DNA of 60,017 bases from an uncultured Acidobacteriaceae bacterium (GTDB lineage: Bacteria > Acidobacteriota > Terriglobia > Terriglobales > Acidobacteriaceae): positions 1 through 60,017 of the forward strand of contig CAXUDC010000001.1 of NCBI GenBank assembly GCA_964249685.1. The letters run 5' to 3'. Of the stretch, positions 17,984-27,261 are shown in pieces. The first letter of the stretch is position 1; each line of letters opens with the position of its first letter. The notes under the pieces were generated by a model. It searched no databases and was not told the DNA's origin. It saw only the letters and a program-made list of their open reading frames with translations. The translations under genes were made by a program, and so were the position numbers.

Positions 17984-19389
17984 ACCCTCCTCCGCAAGGC
18001 CTCCGGGAGCTTCGTATAGATCCCCCCAAAGCCGCCGTTCGACAGAATCGCCACCACATCCCCCGCGCACAGCTCCTCGAAAATCCCCGCCACAATCGCA
18101 TCCGCGTCCGCAAACACCGTCGCCGGCGTTCCGCGCACGCGCAGTCCGGCCGCGACCGCTTCCGGTTCCAGCCGCTCGTTCACCGGAATATTCTCGCTCT
18201 TGAACACCGCCGCGACCACCACGCGGTCCGCCAATCGCAGGCTCTGCACCAGATCGTCCTCGAACACGTTGCGCCGCAGCGTGTTCGAGCGCGGCTCCAG
18301 CACCGCCCACAGCCGCCGCCCAGGATAAGCCTGCCGCAGCGCGCGGAGTGTTTCGCGGATCGCCGTCGGATGATGCGCGAAGTCGTCGATGATCGTCACG
18401 CCGCCGATCTCCGCCTTCACCTCCAGCCGGCGCTTGACGCTCTTGAACGTCGCCAGCGCCTCCACGATCGCCTCCTTCGCCACGCCCTGCCCAAACGCCA
18501 GCGCAGCCGCCGCGGTCGCGTTCATGGCATTGTGCTCGCCCGCCATCGGCAACCGCAACTTGACGAACTCCACACCCCGACGAGCCACCGTCCAATCGAC
18601 CCCGCCACCCGCATGCGTCATCTCCGTAACCCGCCAGAAAGAATCCTCGGCAAAGCCGTAGCGTTCGACCGCACAGAAAGCCTTTTGGATACAGTCACTT
18701 ACGTTGCCACTGCCGTCAAATGCGACCACGCGTCCGCGCCGCGGAATGAGGTTCACAAAGCGCGAGAACGCCGTCTTCACCGCCTTCAAGTCGTCGTAAA
18801 TATCGGCATGATCGAACTCCACATGCGTGAGAATCGCCGCGTCAGGAAAATAGTGCAGAAACTTCGGACCCTTGTCGAAGAAGGCAGTATCGTACTCGTC
18901 GCCTTCCAGCAGAAACGGCCTCGAATCCCGCACCTTGAAGCTTGCGCCAAAGTTCTCCGCAACGCCGCCAATCAGGAACGACGGACGCAAACCCGCAACC
19001 TCGTAGATCCACGCAAGCATTGATGTCGTCGTCGTCTTGCCATGCGTTCCCGCAACCACCAGCGACTCGCGCCCGACCAGGAACTCGTCATGCAGGATCG
19101 CGGCCATCGAGCAGAACGGGATTCGCTCATCCAGCACGTATTCGAGCTCCACATTGCCCCGCGAGATTGCATTCCCGACCACAACCAGGTCCGGTCGAGG
19201 CACCAGATTGCGCTCCGCATAAGGCTCCAGAACAGCGATCCCCATCTCCGCAAGCTGGTCCGACATCGGCGGATAAGCGGCCGTATCCGAGCCTGTTACG
19301 CGATGCCCTTGCGCCTTCAGCATGCCCGCGAGCGACGCCATCGCCGTCCCGCAAACCCCAATCAAATGTATGTGCTTCGCTGCTGCCAT
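17977..19389 (-). CDS. mpl: UDP-MurNAc:L-Ala-gamma-D-Glu-mDAP ligase (murein peptide ligase)
   Basis: IHLIGVCGTAMASLA, AGTHGKTTT, EGDEYDTAFFDKGPKFLHY, DDFAHHPTAI, EPRSNT, SNGGFGG. Confidence 0.93.
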   Translation of the reverse strand: MAAAKHIHLIGVCGTAMASLAGMLKAQGHRVTGSDTAAYPPMSDQLAEMGIAVLEPYAERNLVPRPDLVVVGNAISRGNVELEYVLDERIPFCSMAAILHDEFLVGRESLVVAGTHGKTTTTSMLAWIYEVAGLRPSFLIGGVAENFGASFKVRDSRPFLLEGDEYDTAFFDKGPKFLHYFPDAAILTHVEFDHADIYDDLKAVKTAFSRFVNLIPRRGRVVAFDGSGNVSDCIQKAFCAVERYGFAEDSFWRVTEMTHAGGGVDWTVARRGVEFVKLRLPMAGEHNAMNATAAAALAFGQGVAKEAIVEALATFKSVKRRLEVKAEIGGVTIIDDFAHHPTAIRETLRALRQAYPGRRLWAVLEPRSNTLRRNVFEDDLVQSLRLADRVVVAAVFKSENIPVNERLEPEAVAAGLRVRGTPATVFADADAIVAGIFEELCAGDVVAILSNGGFGGIYTKLPEALRRRVG

Positions 19390-19398
19390 CCTTCCAGA

Positions 19399-20352
19399 TT
19401 AGACCGCAACCGCAGACTCCAGAAAGTGCAGCCGCGGATTCCCCTGCGCATCGTCCGCAAGCCGCGCATGCACGCCAAACGGCAGCGTGACGTTGCCCGC
19501 GTGCACATGCCCGCTCTTCAGCCCGAGGTAAAGCGGCCCTTCAAAGTCGGCAAGCGCGTGCAGCAGCGCGCCTTCGAGCAGCGGCATCTCTTCTTCCTTC
19601 ACGCATGCGGCCATGTCGCCGAACACGATCGCCTTCACGCACCTCAGCATGCCCGCAAAGCGCAGGTGCACCAGCATCCGGTCCCACTGGTAAGGCGCCG
19701 TGCCGATGTCTTCCAGGAACAGAATACCGCCGCGATTCGCGGGCGCATAAGGCGTTCCCAACCCTTCGACATAGATCGAACAACAGCCTCCCGTCAACAT
19801 TCCCTCCGGTTTCCCCGCACCTGCACGCAGCAGGCGCAAGCCGTTCTCAGAACCGACAGACCAGTCCGCGGAGCCTTCGAGCGCGGCCTTCCAGCTCGGC
19901 CCATCAGGCAGTCGATCGGCGAGCTTCGAGTAGTCCGCGGCGACCATCGGAGCCTGAAAACTGACGCGCCCAAGCTCGCGCTCGAGCCATACATGCAGTG
20001 ACGTGATGTCGCTGTAGCCCAGCAGCGGCTTGGCGTGGTGGTCGATGAGCTTTTTGTCCAGATGCGGCAGCAGTTCCGCCGCTCCCCAGCCTCCGCGCGT
20101 ACACAGAATACCGTCGACTTCGGGGTCCGCATAGGCTGCGTGCAGATCGTTGAGCCGCTCCGCGGCGGTTCCCGCGTAGTAGAGCGGACCGCGATCGAGC
20201 GCGTGCGGAAACAGCTTCGTGCGATAACCCATCGCGGTCAGCACGGCGATGCCGGCGCTGACGGAATCCTCCTTCGGCGTGCTCGCGGGGGAGACGATGC
20301 CGAGCATCGAGCCGGGCTTGAGGGCACGCGGTTTGCGCCGCAGAAAGCTCAT
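19399..20352 (-). CDS. ldcA: LD-carboxypeptidase (S66)
   Basis: RGGWG, GYSDIT (Ser), FLED (Glu), SGH (His) triad. Confidence 0.9.
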   Translation of the reverse strand: MSFLRRKPRALKPGSMLGIVSPASTPKEDSVSAGIAVLTAMGYRTKLFPHALDRGPLYYAGTAAERLNDLHAAYADPEVDGILCTRGGWGAAELLPHLDKKLIDHHAKPLLGYSDITSLHVWLERELGRVSFQAPMVAADYSKLADRLPDGPSWKAALEGSADWSVGSENGLRLLRAGAGKPEGMLTGGCCSIYVEGLGTPYAPANRGGILFLEDIGTAPYQWDRMLVHLRFAGMLRCVKAIVFGDMAACVKEEEMPLLEGALLHALADFEGPLYLGLKSGHVHAGNVTLPFGVHARLADDAQGNPRLHFLESAVAV

Positions 20353-21143
20353 AGCGTCTCTCCCGTGCAGACGATGGTGGCCGAGCCGGTGAGCATCATC
20401 TGCCGATCGTTGGCGGGCCAGGAGACGCGCTGCGAGCCGCCTTCGGACAGTGCGGTCAGCTCACGGCTGCAGTCGCGCAGCGCGATGGCGGCGGTCGAGG
20501 AAGCGCAGGTTCCGGTGCCGGAGGAGGTCGTCGGGCCGCAGCCGCGCTCGAAGATGCGGAACTCGATCTCAGCCGGCGATTTGACGCGGACAAACTCCAC
20601 GTTGGTGCCGTGTGGGAAGAGCGGGCTGACCGCGATCTTCGCGCCGAGCTGCTGCCAGGTGAGCCCGTGCGAGCTGAAGTCGTCGCTGTCCGGAAAGAGG
20701 ACGAAGTGCGGGTTGCCGACGTTGATCATCGCGCCTTGGACGACGCCGACGCCGTCGACTTCAATCGCCCGGCGCATGAAGCGCGGAATGCCCATTGCGG
20801 ATTCAATCTGGAAGACGGGGCCTTCAGACGAGATGACCTTGCAGGTGCGCAGGCCACCGTGCGTGCCCAGCGCAACTTCGGTCTTATGCTTGCTGTACGC
20901 GAGCCACGCAGCGACGCAGCGCGTGCCGTTGCCGGAGAGCTCGGCCTCTGAGCCGTCGGCGTTGAAGAGGCGGAGGAAGAGCGAGCCGTCGTGCTTGCGG
21001 TCTATAAATTCTATTCCGTCCGCGCCGATGCCGGTGTTGCGGGCGCACAATCGCTTTGCGAGTGCGGCGTGTTTGCGCTCCGCGGCGGACTCTTCGAGGA
21101 TGAGAAAATCGTTGCCGTCGGCGTGTGCTTTTACGAACTTCAT
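20349..21143 (-). CDS. dapF: Diaminopimelate epimerase family protein with Ser/Ser active site
   Basis: GNDF, GIGADG, FNADGSEAELSGNG, VGNPH, TNVEF, ERGCGPTTSSGTG. Confidence 0.85.
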   Translation of the reverse strand: MKFVKAHADGNDFLILEESAAERKHAALAKRLCARNTGIGADGIEFIDRKHDGSLFLRLFNADGSEAELSGNGTRCVAAWLAYSKHKTEVALGTHGGLRTCKVISSEGPVFQIESAMGIPRFMRRAIEVDGVGVVQGAMINVGNPHFVLFPDSDDFSSHGLTWQQLGAKIAVSPLFPHGTNVEFVRVKSPAEIEFRIFERGCGPTTSSGTGTCASSTAAIALRDCSRELTALSEGGSQRVSWPANDRQMMLTGSATIVCTGETL

Positions 21144-21308
21144 GGATGCCTTTGAAGGAGCTGCTGCTTCTGTGGGGCTTTGCGGCGACTTGAGCGAAGG
21201 ATAGTGTTCGTAGTTCTTAGTTTTATAGTCGCTAGCTGCTAGTTCAAGAACGTCAATCTACAGCTTACGGCACGCTGCCCGCGTGCATACTATGAGGAGG
21301 GAATCGCC

Positions 21309-21848
21309 ATGGCCGCCGCGTCCGCTCTGCCGCAGTTGATCACCATCGAAGAATACCTCGCCAGCAGCTACGAGCCTGATATGGAGTTCGTGGATGGGGT
21401 GCTTGAGGAGAAGAACATGGGTGAACGGGATCACGGCTACCTCCATGATGCTTGGTCACTGGTTCATTCTTCATCAGGCGGAGTGGAAGATCGACGTGCT
21501 GGCGGAGTACCGCACGCGGACTTCGAAGAGCCGTGTTCGCCTGCCCGAGGTCTGCGTGGTCTGGCAGGGCGCGCGGGCGGAACGGGTGCGTGTTACGGCT
21601 CCGCTGCTTTGCATCGAGATTCTCTCGCCCGAGGACAGGCCTGGGCGCGTGATGAAGAGGCTGGATGATTTTGTGCAGATGGGTGCGGAGAACCTGTAGA
21701 TTCTCGACCCGAGCGATCGATCCGCGGCGACCTACAGCAGCTTTGGGATGAAGCCGGCGGAGAGCGATCGGCTTACGGTCCGGGGACTCCGATTTACCTG
21801 GATGTGCCGGCAATCTTCGCCACGCTGGATGGGGCTTCGCTCAGCTAA
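21309..21848 (+). pseudogene. Uma2-family (PD-(D/E)xK) endonuclease pseudogene
   Basis: EEYL..SYEPDMEFVDG, IEILSPED; frameshift near 21445, TAG at 21697-21699 where Trp is expected, second frameshift near 21785. Confidence 0.85.
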
Positions 21849-23545
21849 TGGGGCTGGTAGCGGTCGCTCTTATAGATCCTGACGCAGGTCTTGCCCGCGC
21901 CGCCGGTGCCGGAGCAGACGATCGAGAGCTCCGTGAGGCCTTCGGGATGTGCGGCGATGGCCTTGGAGACCTCATCGCCGGATGCCGCGACGGCGTACTG
22001 CGCGGCTTCGGCGGGTGTCTGCATACCGGCGCGCCAGCCGTACCAGTCGCCCGGGCCGATGGTTTGCCTGAGCGGAACGCCGGCCTTCTGCAAGGCGCCG
22101 ATAAGGCTGGAATTATCCATCAGGATGCGTGCGCCGGGGACGAAGCCGGCGAGCTGCTCGGCCAGTGGGTCTTCGATGGCCAGGCGGCCGCGCGAGTTCA
22201 CCTCCGCTTCCTTGAGGACCAGCGGCGTCTCATGCACCATGACAATCAAGTTGACGACGATGAGCAGCAGCATGACCGGAACGGTGAAGCGCGTGACGAG
22301 CTTCTGCATGCTCTCCGGCTGCGCGGCGCGTGCGCTGAAGTACTTTGCGGCGGCGGCCAGGGCGAGCGCACAGAAGATCCCGAGGCAGGGCAGCATCTCC
22401 ATACCGTAGCGCGAGTTGTAGTACGAGTGCGGGTAGAGCTGCGGGATGAAGATGGGCACCGAGCCGTAGGCGATGCTGTAGACGTAGAACGGAAGCGGCA
22501 GCCAGAGCAGGAATACGGCGCGGTCGAGCTTGCTGTACCAGGCCTTCCATGCGCCCCAGAGCGCTCCCGCGGCGACGAGCCAGCCGAACTCCCACGCGGT
22601 GGAATCCACCTGCGCGGTGCGGGCATAGAGCATGAGCGACCAGGCCGGGTTGTGCCAGCCCCAGTACTTGTGCGCGCCGGGTGGAGAGGTCTTGCGGTCG
22701 ATCTCCCTGGCCGAGTACGGGCCGCGCATGAAGTCCAGCCAGTCGTGGCCGAAGATGTGGTTGTAGTCGAACCAGGCGACGGGGCCGATCACGGTGAGGA
22801 TCGTGAAGGTGGCGAAGCCGGGGAGGATCTTTTTTGCGAAGGACCTGTTGTGCCAGAGCTGCCAGGCGACGATGAGCCACACGGCGGCGGCGAGGATCCA
22901 GCCGTCGTAACGCGTCATGACGGCGGCGAGGTGCAGGACGCCGAGCAGCATGAGGCGGTTGGTGGCGATGCGCGGGTTGCTGTCGCGGACGGCCTCGCGG
23001 AGCTCGAGCAGGAGCAGGATGATCCAGACCAGAAGCGCGAGGAAGAGCGGCTCGGTCATGGCGGTGGTGGCGAGATAGAGCAGGTTGGCGTTGAGGCCGA
23101 AGAAGGCCGTCGCGACCAGCGCCCACGCGGGGATGAGCACGCGGCGCGCAAGGCGATACAGGCCCATGCAGCCGACGATGTAGCAGAGCAGCGAAGGCCA
23201 GGCCCCGGCCATGCCGTTCTGCCACCACTGCATCCTGCCGATGAAGGGCAGCATGAGCAGGTGCGGCAAGGGCAGCCAGACGCCGCCCCAGTTGGCCAAG
23301 CCGGGCGAGTTGGTGTCGACGATGCGCCTCGCGATGCCGAGATGAGCGACCGCGTCGCCGTAGAGGAGCATGGTGCCGTGTAGCGCGTTCAACGAGAGGG
23401 AGATGAGGCCGAAGACGACGGCGGCGAGGCCGATAGGAAGCGTCTCCTGCCGGGTTGCGGGGCGGACCACGTTGGGGTCGCCGGAGTAGCGCGCGGGGCG
23501 GCGGGTGGGAGTTGCGTGGCGGGTTGAGGATTTTCTGGGGGGCAT
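21845..23545 (-). CDS. Multi-TM GT-C-type glycosyltransferase (ArnT/PMT-like)
   Basis: YGDAVAHL, WLPLPH, TAMTEPLF, TRYDGW; many TM helices. Confidence 0.7.
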   Translation of the reverse strand: MPPRKSSTRHATPTRRPARYSGDPNVVRPATRQETLPIGLAAVVFGLISLSLNALHGTMLLYGDAVAHLGIARRIVDTNSPGLANWGGVWLPLPHLLMLPFIGRMQWWQNGMAGAWPSLLCYIVGCMGLYRLARRVLIPAWALVATAFFGLNANLLYLATTAMTEPLFLALLVWIILLLLELREAVRDSNPRIATNRLMLLGVLHLAAVMTRYDGWILAAAVWLIVAWQLWHNRSFAKKILPGFATFTILTVIGPVAWFDYNHIFGHDWLDFMRGPYSAREIDRKTSPPGAHKYWGWHNPAWSLMLYARTAQVDSTAWEFGWLVAAGALWGAWKAWYSKLDRAVFLLWLPLPFYVYSIAYGSVPIFIPQLYPHSYYNSRYGMEMLPCLGIFCALALAAAAKYFSARAAQPESMQKLVTRFTVPVMLLLIVVNLIVMVHETPLVLKEAEVNSRGRLAIEDPLAEQLAGFVPGARILMDNSSLIGALQKAGVPLRQTIGPGDWYGWRAGMQTPAEAAQYAVAASGDEVSKAIAAHPEGLTELSIVCSGTGGAGKTCVRIYKSDRYQPH

Positions 23546-23570
23546 GAAGATTAGTGGCGGGGATCCTGGT

Positions 23571-23604
23571 CAGCTGACAGCTTTTAGCTGTCAGCTGTCA
23601 GCTT
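23571..23604. repeat. Heptamer repeat (AGCTGNC type)
   Basis: CAGCTGACAGCTTTTAGCTGTCAGCTGTCAGCT; relatives at about 28177-28197, 52354-52380, 55034-55065 and 56202-56222. Confidence 0.65.
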
Positions 23605-23631
23605 GAGGCTTCGGTGGTGTGAGGAAGTGCA

Positions 23632-23657
23632 AACGCAGATTCCCTTCGGGAATGACA
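23632..23657 (-). repeat. REP-like family B (reverse)
   Basis: AACGCAGATTCCCTTCGGGAATGACA. Confidence 0.85.
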
Positions 23658-23670
23658 AACAAAAAACGGC

Positions 23671-24609
23671 TTAAACTTCGCTGGGGGCCAGGTGGGAGAT
23701 TTCGAGGAAGAGCTTGAAGCGGTCCTCGATCTCTTCTCGCGTGATGTTCTGCAGGCGCTCGGTGCCGAAGCGCTCGACGGCGAACGAGCCCATGACGCCG
23801 CCGTAGAAGAGGGCGCGGCGGAAGACGTCGGCGGTAAGCCTGGGCTGCGAGGCGAGGTAGCCGTAGAAGCCGCCGGCGAAGCTGTCGCCGGCGCCGGTGG
23901 GATCGATGACCTCGGCGAGCGGGAGGGCGGGGGCGCGGAAGGGGCTGGGCCGGCCTTCGGGGAAGGACTCTGCGCCGAAGAAGGCGGTCGCGCCGTACTC
24001 GCCGTGTTTGATGACGAGCGATTTGGGGCCCTTGGCGATGATGGCCGCGGCGGCTTTGACGATGTTGGTCTCGCCCGAGAGCATCTTGGCCTCGCCGTCG
24101 TTGATGAGCAGCACGTCGAGTTCAGCGATGACCTTGGCGAGCGCCGCGGCGTGATCGGCGATCCAGTAGTTCATGGTGTCGCCGCAGACCATTTTGACGT
24201 TGGGCATGGCCTGGCGGACGCGGAGCTGCAGGACGGGGTCGATGTTGGCGAGGAAGAGGTACTCGCTGTCTTGATAGGCGGCGGGGATCTTAGGCTCGAA
24301 GGTGGCGAAGACGTTGAGGTCGGTGCCGAGCGTGGTGGCCTCGTTCATGGCGCCGGTGTAGCTGCCGGTCCAATGAAAGCTGAGGCCCGGGGCGTGCTCG
24401 ATGCCTTGGATGTCGATGTTGCGGTTGGTGAAGACGGCTTCCTCGGTTGGACCGAAGTCTTCGCCGACGACGCCGATGACGCGGACGTCGGTGAAGTAGC
24501 TGGCGGCGAGCGAGAAGTGCGTGGCCGCGCCGCCGAGCATCTTTTCGCGCTTGCCGTGCGGGGTGGTGACGGTGTCGAACGCGACGGAACCTACGACGAG
24601 GATGGACAT
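23671..24609 (-). CDS. PfkB-family carbohydrate/nucleoside kinase
   Basis: VVGSVAFD, LGGAA, DPTGAGDSFAGG. Confidence 0.9.
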   Translation of the reverse strand: MSILVVGSVAFDTVTTPHGKREKMLGGAATHFSLAASYFTDVRVIGVVGEDFGPTEEAVFTNRNIDIQGIEHAPGLSFHWTGSYTGAMNEATTLGTDLNVFATFEPKIPAAYQDSEYLFLANIDPVLQLRVRQAMPNVKMVCGDTMNYWIADHAAALAKVIAELDVLLINDGEAKMLSGETNIVKAAAAIIAKGPKSLVIKHGEYGATAFFGAESFPEGRPSPFRAPALPLAEVIDPTGAGDSFAGGFYGYLASQPRLTADVFRRALFYGGVMGSFAVERFGTERLQNITREEIEDRFKLFLEISHLAPSEV

Positions 24610-24630
24610 GGAACTCCTGGGAGTGAGTGC

Positions 24631-24698
24631 GCCGGGGCTAAAGCCCGGGGTGGAACGTTGAGTTTGGCTTATGGGGCTGAAGCCTCATGCTTCCACCC
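24631..24698 (-). repeat. REP/REPIN-like family C (reverse)
   Basis: Reverse complement GGGTGGAAGCATGAGGCTTCAGCCCCA...GGGCTTTAGCCCCGG matches 38609 and 44573. Confidence 0.8.
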
Positions 24699-24708
24699 TG
24701 AAGGGGGC

Positions 24709-25566
24709 TTAGAGGTACTTGCCGATGAGCAGGTTGAGACGCTCTTTCGTGGCTTCGGGGATGAGCTTTTTGTCGGTCATGATGGCGTACTGCAGGACGC
24801 CCGCGTAGGGGCTCTTGCCCTCCGGCAGCAGCGCGGCGGCGGCGCGGACGACCTTGCCGGCATTGTCGGCGTTCTGGTGGATGACGGCGACGACCTGCTC
24901 GACGGTGACATCGTCGTGGCCTTCGCGCCAGCAGTCGTAGTCGGTGACCATGGCGAGCGTGGCGTAGCTCATCTCGGCCTCGCGCGCGAGCTTCGCCTCC
25001 TGCAGGTTGGTCATGCCGATGACGTCCGCGCCCCAACTCCGATAGAGGTTTGATTCGGCGCGCGTGGAGAACTGCGGGCCTTCCATGCAGACGTAGGTGC
25101 CGCCCTGTTTGCCGACGACGCCGACCTGCGCGCAGGCGTCGGCAAAGGCCTTGGCGGCGACTTTGCAGACGGGGTCGCCGAAGCCTACGTGGGCGACGAT
25201 GCCATCGGTGAAGAAGCTGCCCTGGCGGGCGAAAGTGCGGTCAATGAACTGGTCGGGAATCACGAAGTCAGTGGGCTTGTGCTCTTCCTTCAACGACCCT
25301 ACGGCCGAGGCAGACAGGATGAACTCCACGCCTAACTGCTTGAGCCCGTAAATGTTGGCGCGGAAGTTGAGCTCGCTCGGCGAGATGCGGTGGCCGCGGC
25401 CGTGGCGGGCGAGGAAGGCGACGGGCCGGCCGTCGAGCTCGCCGACCATGTAGGCGTCGGACGGCTTGCCGAAGGGCGTCGTGAGCGCGACCTCGCGCAG
25501 GTTGGTGATGCCGGGCATGGCGTAGAGCCCGCTGCCGCCGATGATGCCGATCGAAACCTTGTCCAA
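24709..25566 (-). CDS. mtnP: S-methyl-5'-thioadenosine phosphorylase
   Basis: IGIIGGSGLY, RHGRGH, EGPQFSTRAES, GMT, VTDYDCW; TTG start with GAGG RBS. Confidence 0.93.
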   Translation of the reverse strand: MDKVSIGIIGGSGLYAMPGITNLREVALTTPFGKPSDAYMVGELDGRPVAFLARHGRGHRISPSELNFRANIYGLKQLGVEFILSASAVGSLKEEHKPTDFVIPDQFIDRTFARQGSFFTDGIVAHVGFGDPVCKVAAKAFADACAQVGVVGKQGGTYVCMEGPQFSTRAESNLYRSWGADVIGMTNLQEAKLAREAEMSYATLAMVTDYDCWREGHDDVTVEQVVAVIHQNADNAGKVVRAAAALLPEGKSPYAGVLQYAIMTDKKLIPEATKERLNLLIGKYL

Positions 25567-25602
25567 AATAACCTCGCTCGTAAAGTATAGCCGCGCTGAA
25601 AA

Positions 25603-25687
25603 GCTCAACACAGAGGGCACGCAGAAAAGCCACACGGAGATCAGTGTGGGCTGTGTGTGGCTTTACTCTGTGCTCTCTGTGTTAAGC
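25603..25687. repeat. Long inverted repeat, family E (CACAGAG type)
   Basis: About 33 nt arms: GCTCAACACAGAGGGCAC..AAAGCCACAC and its near reverse complement. Confidence 0.75.
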
Positions 25688-27222
25688 CTTGTGTTGAAGC
25701 TAAACTTCAGCGCACCGAAGCCGGCCAGGGCGCGCACGCCGCCAAGGGTCAGCTCGTGGTCGAGCGCCATGTGCTGCGGTCCGGTTCCCTGCGCGTCCAT
25801 CGCGGCCTCGCGCAGCTTGCGGGCCGTCACCACGGGGTAGCCCTCAGCGATGAAGAGGCCGGTGTCCGTGAGGGTCAGGAGCACGTCGCCTTCGCGCGTG
25901 GAGAAGACTTTTTCGCCCGCGCCCTCGTCGGCCTTGCGCTCGGCGAGCCCGCTGTACTTGCGCCCGAGCTGCGCCTCGTAGAGCTTTTCAAAGTCCCGCG
26001 CCGCGGCCGCGCTACGCCACTGCGAGTAGTAGAAGACGCCCAGCGACTCCGGCCTGGCCTTCTCCGCCACGCTGGCGGTGCGCCGCTGCGCCGCGTAGTA
26101 GATGCCGCCCTTCCACGCCGGCGCGAGCGCCTTGCCGATCTCCGGCCCGGCGAAGAGGCTGGCCATGATCTCGACATCGAGCTCGCCCATCACGCCCAGG
26201 TCGTAGGGCTCCCAGTCGGCGTCGAGCAGCGGGTGTACGTCCGGCATGCGCAGCACCGGGACAACGGCGTGCTGCAGATATCTGGCCGGGTTCATGACCT
26301 CCCAGCTCGACGACGGCGGCGCGGCGAGCGCGTCCGCGAACGCCGCCTTTTTGCCGCCGGCGATCAGCAGCGCCTGCTCGAACGCGAGGCCATCCGCGTA
26401 GGGGAAGACGAGCGAGCGCTGCAGCAGGAGCGGCGCGCGCGCCATCACGGGCGAGCCGCTGGCGTCGGACGCGGCGGCCTTCATGCGCTCGCCGATCTCG
26501 GGCGAATCGGCCAGCGTCTTGCCCGTGCCGATCAGGCCGTAGTCGACGAAGACGACCATGGCTTCGCCCTCGGCGACGGCCTGCCGCGCGGTCTCGAGCT
26601 CGTCGTGGGCGACGCGCTCGTTGTCCTCGCTGACGGTCTTCGACACGCCGTGCGAGCCGTCCGCGCCCCACTTTTCGAGCCCCACGCGCTGGTCTTGAAT
26701 GGCGTGAGTGAGCTCATGCGCGAGGACCGGCTTCTGCTCGTCGGGCTCGACCCAGTTGAGCATGTTGACGGTCTTGGTCTTGTCGTCGTAATAGCCGGCG
26801 ACCTGCTCGGTGAGCAGGCTGATCAGGAAGGGGCGCAGGTCGAAGTCGCGGTTCAACAGGCCGAACTTCTTCAGCACGATCTCCGACCGCTGCAGCCGCT
26901 TGGCGCTCTCGTCCTCGTCGAAGCTCTTCTTCAGATACAGGCCTACTTCCGCTCGTGTCACCAGGCGGCGCTTCACGTGCGGCACACCGGGCAGCGCGGT
27001 GTCGGTCGCGGCAAAGGTCATGATCTCGTCGACCGACTTGAACAGCGCCGCGGCCTGCTCCTTCGTGATCACCTTCTCGCCCTGCCCTACGACCGGGTGG
27101 CCCATGATCCCCGCGGCGGAGCGAAGGTTATCGTGGGCGGGCTCACTCGCGACCGTTTGGCCAACCGCAGTTCCCGCGCACACCGCAACCACCATCCACC
27201 CCAACCGCCGCGCGTAGCCCAA
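25663..27222 (-). CDS. Secreted hypothetical protein with HExxH...E zincin-like motif
   Basis: Signal-like N-terminus; VAGYYD; LAHELTHAIQDQ; AEGEAM; FPY; start uncertain. Confidence 0.7.
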   Translation of the reverse strand: MGYARRLGWMVVAVCAGTAVGQTVASEPAHDNLRSAAGIMGHPVVGQGEKVITKEQAAALFKSVDEIMTFAATDTALPGVPHVKRRLVTRAEVGLYLKKSFDEDESAKRLQRSEIVLKKFGLLNRDFDLRPFLISLLTEQVAGYYDDKTKTVNMLNWVEPDEQKPVLAHELTHAIQDQRVGLEKWGADGSHGVSKTVSEDNERVAHDELETARQAVAEGEAMVVFVDYGLIGTGKTLADSPEIGERMKAAASDASGSPVMARAPLLLQRSLVFPYADGLAFEQALLIAGGKKAAFADALAAPPSSSWEVMNPARYLQHAVVPVLRMPDVHPLLDADWEPYDLGVMGELDVEIMASLFAGPEIGKALAPAWKGGIYYAAQRRTASVAEKARPESLGVFYYSQWRSAAAARDFEKLYEAQLGRKYSGLAERKADEGAGEKVFSTREGDVLLTLTDTGLFIAEGYPVVTARKLREAAMDAQGTGPQHMALDHELTLGGVRALAGFGALKFSFNTRLNTESTE

Positions 27223-27261
27223 GTGACACCCTCCGGAAAGCCTATAATTCAGTGTACGCAG

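Noticed and set aside
21697-21699. TAG read-through or recoding in Uma2
   Set aside because: Two additional frameshifts indicate simple pseudogenisation, and TAG is used as a normal stop elsewhere.
25657-27261. Apparent 846-aa YgfZ fusion
   Set aside because: The N-terminal 535 aa are antisense to the HExxH gene; YgfZ similarity begins near ATG 27262 after a TATAAT.
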